From NCBI GenBank assembly GCA_973895155.1, contig OZ316899.1, forward strand, positions 14,015,934 through 14,079,933: a stretch of DNA of 64,000 nt, read 5' to 3'. The notes under the pieces are model-generated. The model had not been told where the DNA came from. It searched no databases and was given only the letters and a program-made list of their open reading frames with translations. Below are positions 9,342-20,763 of this stretch, one piece after another. The DNA is from Marsupella aquatica (Eukaryota > Plantae > Marchantiophyta). The first letter of the stretch is position 1, and every line of letters begins with the position of its first letter. The position numbers were made by a program, and so were the translations under genes.

Positions 9342-12300
9342 GGGTACCAAAATTCTAGAGAACCCAATACCAAACATGCGATGGCCTTAAATGTCATTCC
9401 TATATTTATATTCACAGCAAAGTGTTTTATTTTCATAAGCAAGTTAGGGTTGATTTCGAAATACACTTACAACCAGCCGAATGTCAACAGCGCTCACTGC
9501 GGAAGGTTGAGATGTGTCGCTGATGGTAGCGCGTTTGCAATCCCCTCCACCTGACCAGCTGCAGCTCACAGTCATTTCATTCATGTGTATCCTGTACCTC
9601 ATTCATGTCCTCATTGTTTTCCCCAACTCAAATATTGGACTGCCATTTAGTTTCTTTAAGCTTGTCTTTAATTTCTAACACCATGGAAGATTCGACTTAC
9701 TGAGTAATGACTTGAACCAGAGCGAACTAGAACAAACGAAACATCTCATGACATCATGGACAATTTAAAGTGACAAAATACAAGATACAGAACAGGATAC
9801 AGAAGAGGACATGGCAAAAAGGACGAGTTGTAGGCTTGGAACAAGAAGAATGACAGAGAGACTCCACAGTCTATCTTACCTTCACAAACTTTGAAAGATT
9901 TTACAAGCATTACAAGATTTTACAAGCATTACTCAAACGACAATTCACGCATATATCCGACATTACAGTCATGGTAGTCAGGAGCAATAGTACCTTCAAG
10001 TAGCGGCCCCGGTAGCTCCAAGGTCAGAATACACCCAGCTTGCGCAAAGGAAGCTCCAACAAAATCAGCAATTAGTAGTCAATTGCAGCTCCACGCACTC
10101 AGCAGCTTCCTCTTTGAATAGTATCGCTCATGTCAGTCCAGACTGCGCTCATTTGATGAGGACCTGCCAAGATTTAGCTTAGCTCAGCTCCGCATATCTC
10201 CACCACAGTTGCACCTTTGCTCAGTTTGCGGAATGCTCCCACACGTAGGCAATTATGAAATGAAATTGTGAGTAAAGGGAAAATGTAGTCGGACTTACTA
10301 ATACTTCACCTTTTGACAGAATTCTGAAGGATAATTGAATTGCAAATAGTGCATTGCGGAATGAGAACAAGTGTGACAATAATGCCAGCACCATAGGCAA
10401 ACAATGAAAAACTCAGAGGGCCTGGTAACTCCCGGTTACACAAACGTTAAGCAGATGCTGTGAAGGACGCAAGAAGATGATTTCAGCTCCAATGAGAGCG
10501 ATGTTGATAGGGAAGGTAACTATGGTATGAGAAGTGAGGGAGTGATTGACACACTGATGAAATAGAGGAATCGTAAAAGGCTGGAGTATCATCTAGTTTT
10601 GCCAAGAGAGACGCGGGGAGAGACAGTGAAAAAACACATTCAACAGACAATCATGTGAGTTTGGGATCCCAAACGTGTCTTTGATAGGAAGAAGTTGCTC
10701 TTGACTAAGTAGGACCTCACTAAGCGCACTATTGCCTGCAACCTTATAGAGTTGTTCACGGCAGTAAGAGAAGCGCCGAAAGCTTAAATGCCAGAGTTGT
10801 TCCCGAGGAGTGCGGTTCAAAGCAGATGCAATGTCCACCTACGTTGCAGCTCAAACTCACTCAGTTGAGATCAATGTTCATCTCCACTCCAACTCCACCT
10901 CAAAGCCTCGCTGTTGAACTCCAATGTCCGCAACAAGAACAGTGCAAATGCAAGCGAAACGATGTCCTCCACAAACCTAAAATGCGGCCACCCTATCCAC
11001 CTCCAGAGATTTTGTTCGAGAAAGGGTTGCAATGTCTCTCCTCACAAACTCCGCTCTCCTCAAAACTCCGTAGCAAGTTGTCAAGCAATGGTCGGGGCAA
11101 TGGGAGCGCAAACATAAAGGGTAGCAATAGGTCCCCTCACCTCACTCACATTGCTCAATGCAAAAGTAGGGCCCGGTTGGCCTTGCAACCCTATCATCCA
11201 CCTCACACAATGAACTTTGTGAGACGTCCACAATGTGCCGACGACCTTCAATCCTGCCACCAAGCAATGAGCTCTCCACTGTTGCTCACCCTAAACCTTC
11301 AACACTCCCGTGAAGTTGTGTCAGCCCGCAAGAACAACTCCTTGTGACTCTTTCGCGCGTCCATAGACTGTCTTACTGATAGTGCCAATGCAAAAAAGGG
11401 CCCGGTCGCTATTGCAACCACAATGATCCACCTCACGCTAGATAGTTGGCCTTCAAGATCACTCCCCACTTTTTTGCAGCTCCTCAGTTCTACGTTGCAA
11501 CTCCTCGGTCCTCCACAGCCCCTTGTCCACGGCAGTGCTGCAACAAAATAAGCTCCTGGTCGTAGCTCCTCAATTATCGGTCATAGCTGCAACAACATAA
11601 GCTCATAGTAACCCGGCCTAAACCCACAGCACAGTTGCGAAACCTAGCAATGTCACCGCTGCAACGTTTGGTGCTCGCAATAAGCAGCCTCCTAAACCCA
11701 CAGCTCCTTCCACCACCAATGACTCAACCCTCCTTCCAACCCTGAGCTCCCAATAGTAGCAAGAATCCAAGCAGGGTCTCCTGCAAGCGCGGAGACAAGA
11801 CACTCAAAGAAGCTCGATAGGATTCACTCGAAAGCCCAAGCCTGACGATGTTTGGCTCTTCCTTCCCGCTCACCAAATGCCGACACTCTATGTGCGCAAT
11901 GGCACTCGTTGTTTCTCCCATGGGTTTTGGCACAAGGGGTTTGGGCAAAACACTCGATGGGCAAAGGCATTACCATGTAACATGTGGAAACTTGCGGCAT
12001 GGTCCATTAGGTGAAGGGGTTCATGAAGCCAATTGAGGGCAACACGCATTACAAGGAAGAGTAGGTAGAAGTATGTGGTCTTGCGGCAAAGGCATTGCAT
12101 TGTACCCTTAACAAAAAGAGTCCCTTATATTGGGCCGTTCAATATTCCTACATGAAGGGAGCTGCAACCATTTGAAATTGGCCAAGGGGTATATTTGGAG
12201 ACAGAACGCTGCCAAATGATGTTAGTGGGTTTAGTGTGTGTCTTTTTGTTTGTATGATGGAGTAACCAGTGGCCTGCATCATGGCGCGCGACTTGCAATT

Positions 12301-12712
12301 GCACCGGCCTCATGTATATATAGCCACACCTATAATCATTTTGTGAATCATACAAATAAAGTATATATGTATGGGTTGGATTTGGGATGTGGGCCAGGAT
12401 TATTATTTAATAAGAGCCAAAGTTACATTGTTCTTATATATGTGCAACCATGGTGATAAAGATGGCAGAAAGCGCTATTATAATTGTGTTGAGTCACTTA
12501 TAAAACTTCAAAATAATTGCCTGGCCTACACTAAGTTACAATTGCAACACTCCAAATAGTTATAGATATGACTCTCCAAAAATTCACCAAAACTTAGTTG
12601 AGAAGGTGTAACAAAGATGACACCAATAACCTTGGAGTCACTGATTTCCAAAGGTCTCAAGTAAGTCATGTAAGGGAGGGTCTAAGATAGGGCCGGTTTC
12701 TTCTAGTGCCAG

Positions 12713-14314
12713 TTTATCCCCTCGGGTAAGCCAAAAATCATCTTCAGACGTGCCTCATTGAGACACATCACTCTCCCGTGCGCTCAGGTTTGTTGATGGG
12801 CCTCGTCAAAGTTTTGAATGAACTCCGCCATATCCTGCCCGTAGTACCTGCTTCTATTCCAAGGGAGAGAGGCGAGGTGCTCAAACCCTTGGGTCTTCAG
12901 ATAGCATGCATGCTTGGGGTGGAGGATGTTCTTGTGAACGTTGTCCCCATGCGATGCATGGTCAGCTTGGCTACCGCAACCATGGCCAAAGGCAACCCAG
13001 ATACGGCTGCGGGCTCCTTCCTCTTCCTACCCCAAGACTGATTCCCGGGGTGACTAGAAGAGGGGCACATCTCTCCATCCTCTCGGTCAGGTGGTGGTAG
13101 CGCGACTGCCGCGAGTATTGGTGCCGAGGCCGCTAGAGTTATTGTGTTATCCCCTCGGGCTTGCTGGAGTGGTGCTGGGTTGTTTGGCTCTTGTTGAGTC
13201 GTACCCAGTGGCCGTTGATTCAGAGGAGGGTGAGCCTCCTCGTCTTCAAAGCTAATATTTACCGCATTCACCACGGATTGTATTTGCAGAGGCGGTGGGA
13301 CCGGTGGCGGGGACCGGCTCGGCTGAGGCCGAGGAGGTGTAGGCGCGGGTACGGGCACGGGTTGGCCGGCACTGGTCGTTGATGGTAGAGTTGCCATGAA
13401 GTTTTGCAGGTGCCGGTGGAGGTTCTCCAAAGCAAGTGAAGACGGCCTGGTCGACCGGGCAGTGTTGAACTCGCTATTGATGATAGCTCGGACCTGAGCG
13501 GGGATGTGGTCAAAGTGGTGTCGCTGCAAGTCAATCGTGCCCGGGATATTGAAGACCTCATCCGGAAGCCGAAGCAATGCCTCCCAGAAGCCGATGTATT
13601 TGCCTCCGTCGAAGAAGTACCCTGATACTTCTTTGGGTTGGTAAAGCTCCCTCTGGGACGGGTAATCAAAGTTAAGGAGATAGTGGTGTCATCCTGCTAG
13701 GCGGATGGCTCTCTCATATTTGCGTTCAATCTTGTATCGACGCGGGTTGGCGTGTTTCAATGAGTCGTCCAAGTGCCCTCCGATAGACAGGAACTGAGTC
13801 CAGAATCGTATGGCCGAACTGGAAAGGATTGTGTGCGACATTCTGAGGAGATAGCAGGTGACTAAGGAAAAGCGAGAGAGCCGGGGTCGAAGCTGACGCG
13901 TGGACTGAAGAACTGGTGCACTACAAAGGATCGGCCCCCTTTTATACCCTGAGAGCTCGTCGACTGCCCAACGCCTCCTCATCACTTATAGGCCAAGCCT
14001 TTCATGCTTGTCGTGTACCGGCCCCTTTGCCGGTCCAGGTTAGCTCGTGTCAGTGGCCGCCTCCTGGAGTTTGTTATACGGACCCGAGGGAGGGGGAAAG
14101 GGGGCCCATTACACGCTCGCAACCCGGGTGTGCGAATGGCGACCCGCCGCCAGCCCGAACATGAATTCCCCTTATTGACTAATATTTTCCTACTCATAAT
14201 GGTTACCTAAATACTATCGTTATGCTAATAATAACGGCCTAAGATACCCCTAACGCACGTGCTAAGCGCGATTAGACAAAATCACTCATTACCCACCGTA
14301 CCGGCGGCGTCACA
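12713..14314 (-). repeat. B' 3' LTR (truncated), including the 5' part of the LTR-encoded ORF
   Basis: Starts TGTGACGCCGCCGG at 14314, as the B LTRs do. TATAAAA at about 13941-13947. Coding sequence from ATG 13841 is homologous to the B LTR ORF (LRLPDEVFNIPGTIDLQ, GLPLA.VAVAK.TMHRMG) and breaks off after IFGLPEG. Confidence 0.85.
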
Positions 14315-16070
14315 TAGCTTCCTGCTTAATTGTGAAGCGTCCTCGCAAACATCACTCTCGGCATTGTCGTCTTGATGGTGGTACTTCTTCACACGATCAT
14401 AACTGACTCGCGTGGGTAGTAAATCGCCGGCATACATTGCGAGTTCCAAAGATCCGTTAGGGTAGATCTGATTGACTAGGAAAGGCCCTAGCCAATGGGT
14501 ATGAAGTTTCCCCGAAAACTGCATGTACCTACTATCGTACAGCAGGACTAGATTGCCTGTCACGACGTCGACCTTCCGTAGTCCTTTGTCGTGCTGCTTC
14601 TTGGAAGCTACCTGCTGCTTGATGACGTGTCGAGCTGCCAGTAGTCGTGCTTCTTCTAATGCTTCAATCTTATAAGCTCTATCCGACAAACTTTCAGCTT
14701 TGGGTAAGCGATCCCGAATGCTTACCCGGGGAGTGTGGACTTCAAACTCAACGGGCACCAACGAATGTTGGCCGAACACGAGAAAGTACGGGCTGTGACT
14801 CGTAGTAGTCTTGTAAGCCAGATTATACGAATACACCGTTGCGTACAACTTGTCATCCCAATCCATTTTGTGCGCGGCTACTGTCTTGTTGAGGATCTTC
14901 CCAATGATACCATTGGCTCTCTCTGTCAGCCCGTTGGCTTTAGGATGATACGGGGTAGTCTTGCGGTGCTTGACTAGGTAACGCTCCGTAAGCTGGGCTA
15001 CGATGTCATTGAGGAAGTGTGTTCCACGGTCGCTTACTAACTCCAAGGGCGGCCCAAACCGGGTGAAGATCTGCTCGTATAAGAACCTGGCACTGGTTGC
15101 AGCGTCGTCCTTTACCGTAGCCCGTGCTTCGACCCATTTGGTGGAGTAATCTATAGCTAGCAGGATGTACCTGCATCTTTGTCGTCGGATAACGGGAGTG
15201 AACGGCCCGATATAATCAATACCCCACTTCTCGAATGGTGCTAGCGGGAGCACAGAAGTGAGGGGGTGGTTATGGGTTCTCCTCGGGGCACCAGCCCGCT
15301 GGCACAAATCACATCCCTTGATAAAGCGTTGTACATCTTGATACAACGTAGGCCACCAATACCCCAAATCCAGAAGCTTTCGGGCTGTCGTGAGAGATGC
15401 AAAATGGCCTCCGAGTTCTTCTTCATGCAAGGCCCGCATAACGATGAGCATCTCCTTGTACTCTAAGCAGCGTTGTAGCTTCCCATTAACTCCTTCCTTA
15501 TGTAGGTGACCCCGTATCATAACGTATGGCCCGGCCTTTCGTAAAAACACAGCGGCGGCCTCCTGATTGATGCCATTGGGGATGCGGCCTGTTAAGAGGA
15601 AGGTGATTATTGAGGCGTACCACGTAGGCGCTCCCGCCCCTACGTGGAATAACTCCTTATCCGGAAAAGTATCATTAATTGGCTGATCGACTGGTACGCC
15701 GTCCAGCCTTGAAAAGAAGTCGGCGTTGAGATGTGCCTTTCCTGGCCAAACCCAAACTTCGTAGTTAAATTCCTGGAGAAGTAGCACCCACCGAGCTATC
15801 CATCCCGTCACGTCCGCTTCGTTGACCATGTACTTCAGGCTATTGTGATCCGTGTGGAATATGACCTTGTAGCCGAGCAGATAGTGTTGGAACTTCTTAC
15901 ATGAGTAGATTATTCCCAGAGCTTCTCGATCAGTGGGAGAATAATTATTTTTTTGGCTGTGAATAGTTGACGGCTAGCGAAGTAGATGGGGTGGTCACGT
16001 CCGTCCTCATCAAGTTGACTGAGCACGGACCCGATACAGAATCCTGACACATCAACATACACATGGAACT
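14282..16070 (-). pseudogene. B' pol: RNase H and integrase
   Basis: ARWVLLLQEF, H..GH...C..C zinc finger, WGIDYIGP, SDRGTHF, YHPKANGLTER and WLGPF. Frameshifts in the RH part. Confidence 0.92.
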
Positions 16071-19000
16071 TGTGATGCCTAGCCAGGAATCACTCGGCCA
16101 GTTAAGTAGGTAAAGCAGGAGTTCACCCTAGAAACACCTTAGTATAGGGACAAAACAAAGAAAATATAAACAATTAGGGGCGACTATGGAACCCGGGCCG
16201 AGGCTGGAGGTAAGGACGCTGGGGGTGAAAACAAGATTAGGGTTAGGGCGCGCTAAGCATCGGCGGCTAGGAAGGATCAACGGGAGGAAGAACCGGAAGA
16301 GGAGAGGGGTAAGGAGCGCTTGCAGGGAATGGTGGCTCATTTGCGAGCACGAACTAGGCAGACGACTACGGGAGGCCAACTACTGTCAGCTGCTTAGGCA
16401 AGCACTCGGGGAGAGAGTAGATACCGACGATCAACCTAAGGAGGGTATGAGCAACGTCAATCAAGCGGCACATTTCTGGGGATGCCTGTTCGAACGGGCA
16501 ACTGAGTACATCAAGACTTATGAGGACGAAGAATCAGAAAGGGCAGCTCAAGAACGGCAGGAGCTTGCTCGATTGTGGGAGTTGCAGAAGACGGCTTTCT
16601 TAGGAGGCGAACTCATCAAGGCCGAGTTCTTGTGGACTCCTACTTCCAATCAGCTCGACGATCTTCGGTTTTGCGAAGATAGAGTCGTCGGCATCCGAGA
16701 AGCCATCAAACGCTGCAACAACATACACTGGGAGTTGAAGGGTAGCATGGAGGGGTGGACAAAGGCAACCGTGCTAGGAGAGACATCCACGGGAGCCGAA
16801 ATGAAGAGGAAGGGAGCCGTCAACGATGAAGCCACCCCGGAAAAAAGAATGAGGTCGGCGGCACCAAAGAAGCCAGCCGAGCAGCAGAGCAGCAGAGCAG
16901 CAGAGCAGCAGAGCAGGAGGCAGGGAGAAGCCAAAGAGGAGGACAATCCCATCAATGCCATTCCAACCAGGGATGACACCTGGAAGGGCTGGGCGGCAAC
17001 CCTACCAGAGGAGGTGCAACTACATTTTGCACGGGAGGAGGATGCATGCTTTACGGCCATGCAGACCAAGAAGTACCAAGGCTTCATGGCCGGATCCGGC
17101 TTAGAGGCCTTTGTAAGATTACCATGGCTGAAGCCGGAGTTGCCGGATTCAGACTTATTAGAATTCGTGGGGTCATGGGAACTCGAGACCAATTCCACCA
17201 GGATATATGGGAAGGATTTCTATCTTACTCCCAAGGTGATTGCCGAAGTGTTTGGCTTGCCGATAGGCAATAAGACCAAAGTTGATACCAGGAAGACCTT
17301 GCCTGACAAGGAGTTCCGGTCGTTCCCCGGGCCATCAATGAAGAATGGCTTCTTCCGGAACACCTGCACCAACCCGCACATAGGAGAGATGATCAACTTC
17401 TTGCGAGTGACCATGCATTGTAACTTGCCGAGGGCAGAGATTGGCAAGGCACAGGTCTATCTGGCAGAGAGGCCAGACCCAAGCCGGGACTGCAACGGGT
17501 ACCTCCTCAACCAATTGAAGAAGATCTTAAAGGAGGAGCAGCAGGTAATCGGCATGGGGAGCGTGTCGCGGCTTGGCTATCACATGCCGCTGTTGTGCCG
17601 GTATGCCAGAGGTCAGACCTTTGCCCCAGTACTTCCCCTACAGGTAAGGACACCCGAGGAAGCTCTAGCACCAAGGCCGGTAGCAGAGAAGCCTCAACCA
17701 CCTGTTAGCCGTACGATTGAGCAGGTGTTTAGGCCAAGGAAGGAAGACTTGCCGATGCAGCAACCAAGCATGCAGAATCTGCTGAAAATGCTGGAGAAGG
17801 AAAAGATGGCACTGGCACCAGCTTCGGCAGCGGCACCAATACAGGACACTGCCCCAGAGGTCAACCTAAGCAGACTTAGAAGGGAAAACCCCTTTACCGG
17901 AAATAAGGAGAGAATCAGGCCAGAATCCAAGCCGGGTGTTCGAATGTACGTGGGAGTCTCAAGCTCTGAATCTGAGGCAGAATTGCCTGAAGCTCCTTCC
18001 GGCGAAGACGAGAGGGAGAAGCCGGAAGTCCAAGGGTTGGAGGAGGCAGTGGAGGACTGCAGCCATGATAACTCCGGCTATGGGTCGGACCATCACGTTC
18101 CAGGAGTAAGGACCTGTGGCCGGTTTATCCCCACACTTCCAAGGGTAGTTCGAGGGGATCCCAACCAGCAGAGTAGCCCCGAGTCTCCCCCACCAGATGT
18201 TGCTCCCCCGAGCTTTGACGGCATAAAGCAGACGGCACAGGAATTCCAGGAGCGACTTAGGGAAGCAGAAAAGGCAGCCCTGGCTAGGGAAAAGGATTTG
18301 CCAGGAGGAGATTGGCCGGAGGACATCAGGCGGCTAGCCGAAAAAGGAAGCAAACCTCTAGCCACGATTGAAGAGATCCGCAAGACGGCTTGGGAGTAGA
18401 GGCCGCGATGGGCGATGCCGATCACTTCTACTTACTCCACCTACGCTAAGAATAGAGCCATGGAGTATGGTGAGATATGTGGGGAACTTGCGCTCGGCAT
18501 CTTTGGGGAGGAGTTGGAGGTAGGACCCTTTTTCCATAGGGAGCAGCTGGAGAAGCACCAATTAGAAGAAGCGGTGGCTTTAGAGAGAAGCAAGAAGGAC
18601 GTGGTCATCCGGCGGCTTAGGAGGATGGAAGCCGAGATTGAAGATCTAAGGGCGGCCAAGAAAGCCCAAGATGAACTACGGATTAAGCGGCATGAACTGA
18701 ACATCATGCAGGGGCAGTTGGACACCGCGCAGGCTGATAATCAGATTATCAAGGATAAACTGACTCAGACCCAGGAAGAATTGGCCGACGCAATCAAGGA
18801 CAGGGAGAAATGGAAGAAGGAGCTGAGAGACGCAGAGGAGGCCCATATAGCAGTCAACAACCGGGTCGCGGCGGAGACTCAGAGAAGGGAGAGGGCGCTG
18901 AAGGGAGAGCTCGAGGTCATCCGCCGAGCCCTTGAGCAGAAGGAGGCCGAGTTAGGGAAATCCTATCAAGGGATTGTTGCGCTACAGCAGGAGCTTGCGT

Positions 19001-20763
19001 CCCTGACGGCCAGCTTCAAGGCCGACCTGCGGGAGAAGGACGCCCAGCTCGACCAGACTTATGCCAAGATGAATAACATGGAGTCTGAGGTCGTAGCGGA
19101 GCTCGACAAGGAGCTAAGAGCAACCCAGGAGGAGAGGGCTACCACCAAGAAGGAATTGGAGGAAGCCCACAGGGAATTGGAGGAAGCCAAAAACGAGTTG
19201 GAGGAGGCACGTAAGGACCTGGATGAGACCCAGGAGGAGTTGGAAGAAATCACGAGGAAGATGGAGAACCTACAGCGGCGGGCCGACAACCAAACAGAGC
19301 GGCTGAAGAAACAAGCCGCAGTATTTAAATGCTTAGCTGCATCAGGTCCATCTCCAGTTGGGGCAAACCAGTTACCCGGGGTGATAATTGCCGAAGGACC
19401 AGCCGTGACACACGGCCCGGTGCCGGACGTTGGCGGCAAGGGGAAGGAACCGGCTATGGAGATAGTGAAGAAGAAGAAGAAGCAGAAACCTTCGGGGTCC
19501 GGAGGTTATTCGACCCCTCAAGCCGTACTCAAACCGGTACCAACCTCCGGCATGAACACGGCAATAGATTCCGCTACCACCAAAGGTGGGGATGGCGCGA
19601 CCCAAGCCGAACTACTCAGTAATGAGGCCGGTATCCCAGATCCACCTCTTGAGCAAGCCGGGGAGGCCGTGGCCGATGCTGAGGCCGTAGCCGAGGCTGA
19701 TGTTGAAGCCGATGCCGTTGCCGGGGGTGGACCCAGTCAGGCCGATGGAGAGTTGACTCAGTCAAGGGCAGGTAATCTGTCAGAGAACGAACCTACGGCA
19801 GTGGCTGAGGTGGAAGCGTTGGGGGCGTCCACTGAGGAACAGCCACCGCTGCCATGACGGTGGTGGAGGGCCGCTCCTTTCAAGGAGGGCGGACGTGGAG
19901 GGAGGAGGCGTGAGTGGGCAGGGCGGGCTCAGATCTCTAAGTTTAGGATTAGGATCAGGACCAGGAGGCGGCCCCAACACTTAGCTTAGTGGGATTGCGG
20001 TTCCACTGGTAAGAGCAACACTTGTACTCCTGCCTCGCTGTACATAGGTAGATCCAGTTAGGTAGATTAGGCTTACGCTGCAAAGAATTAGGCGGATCCA
20101 CTACCAGGATAAGTACGTGGGTAGCGGGGAGCTCAGGGCCTCTTCTTTAGCAAGTTTTTAGTTTGCACCAATCGGGCTGGGATCAAGTAGTAAGAGAAGC
20201 TCTCGGTTAGTCATACAGTGACCCTTGTGTATATTCATGTTTCCTCATGCCTAAGAGCTGAATAGAGTTGGCCTCACGGCTTAGTTCGCAGAGCTTGTGT
20301 ATGAGATGTACTGTTTGTATGGCAAGTGCATGGTATGACTCAGTCAGAAGGAGTCATTTTGCTATTTATGTGTCGCATTAACTTGTGTGAAGAGTGCCCA
20401 CATCAACCAATACAGGAAGGAAAGTAAGCAGGGGAGTGAGAGTTGGATGTGTCGAGCTGAGAGAGATCTTAGTGGCTTAACCAAGCCTATTGGGGATCAT
20501 TCCGGCGGCGGAATCCAAACATACCTAACAAGACGGAGGGGAAGACAAGGGAAGGCCTAGATTAGGCCGGCTACGTATCTCATGACCCGATGAAGGATCT
20601 GTCCAGTATATGTGTGTAAAATGTTAATAGTAGTAGTAGAAGGAGGTTAGCAGCGTCCCATGCCGCTAAGCCGCAGAAACGGCCTCGCCAAGCGCAAAAC
20701 CTGCGGGAATCGGCTTGCGCTGGGGGGGTTTCTTGGGTTTAGGGAGCCATGGGACGCACCACA
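16071..20763 (+). mobile_element. Family A copy 2: gene-bearing solo-LTR-like unit (4693 bp) inserted in B' pol
   Basis: TGTGATGCC...GCACCACA ends. Perfect TSD GAACT at 16066-16070 and 20764-20768. Splits the host RT/RH at NKEF|HVYVDVSGF. Confidence 0.95.
16186..19857 (+). pseudogene. Family A accessory ORF with a single premature stop
   Basis: ORFs 16186-18399 and 18415-19857 are in the same frame, separated by a CAG>TAG change at 18397-18399. Confidence 0.85.

Noticed and set aside
10000-11700. Possible decayed F-box/LRR coding sequence on the minus strand, with a ~50-bp repeat at 11160 and 11389
   Set aside because: Only short LRR-like peptides and no sustained frame. Would need TBLASTN to support.
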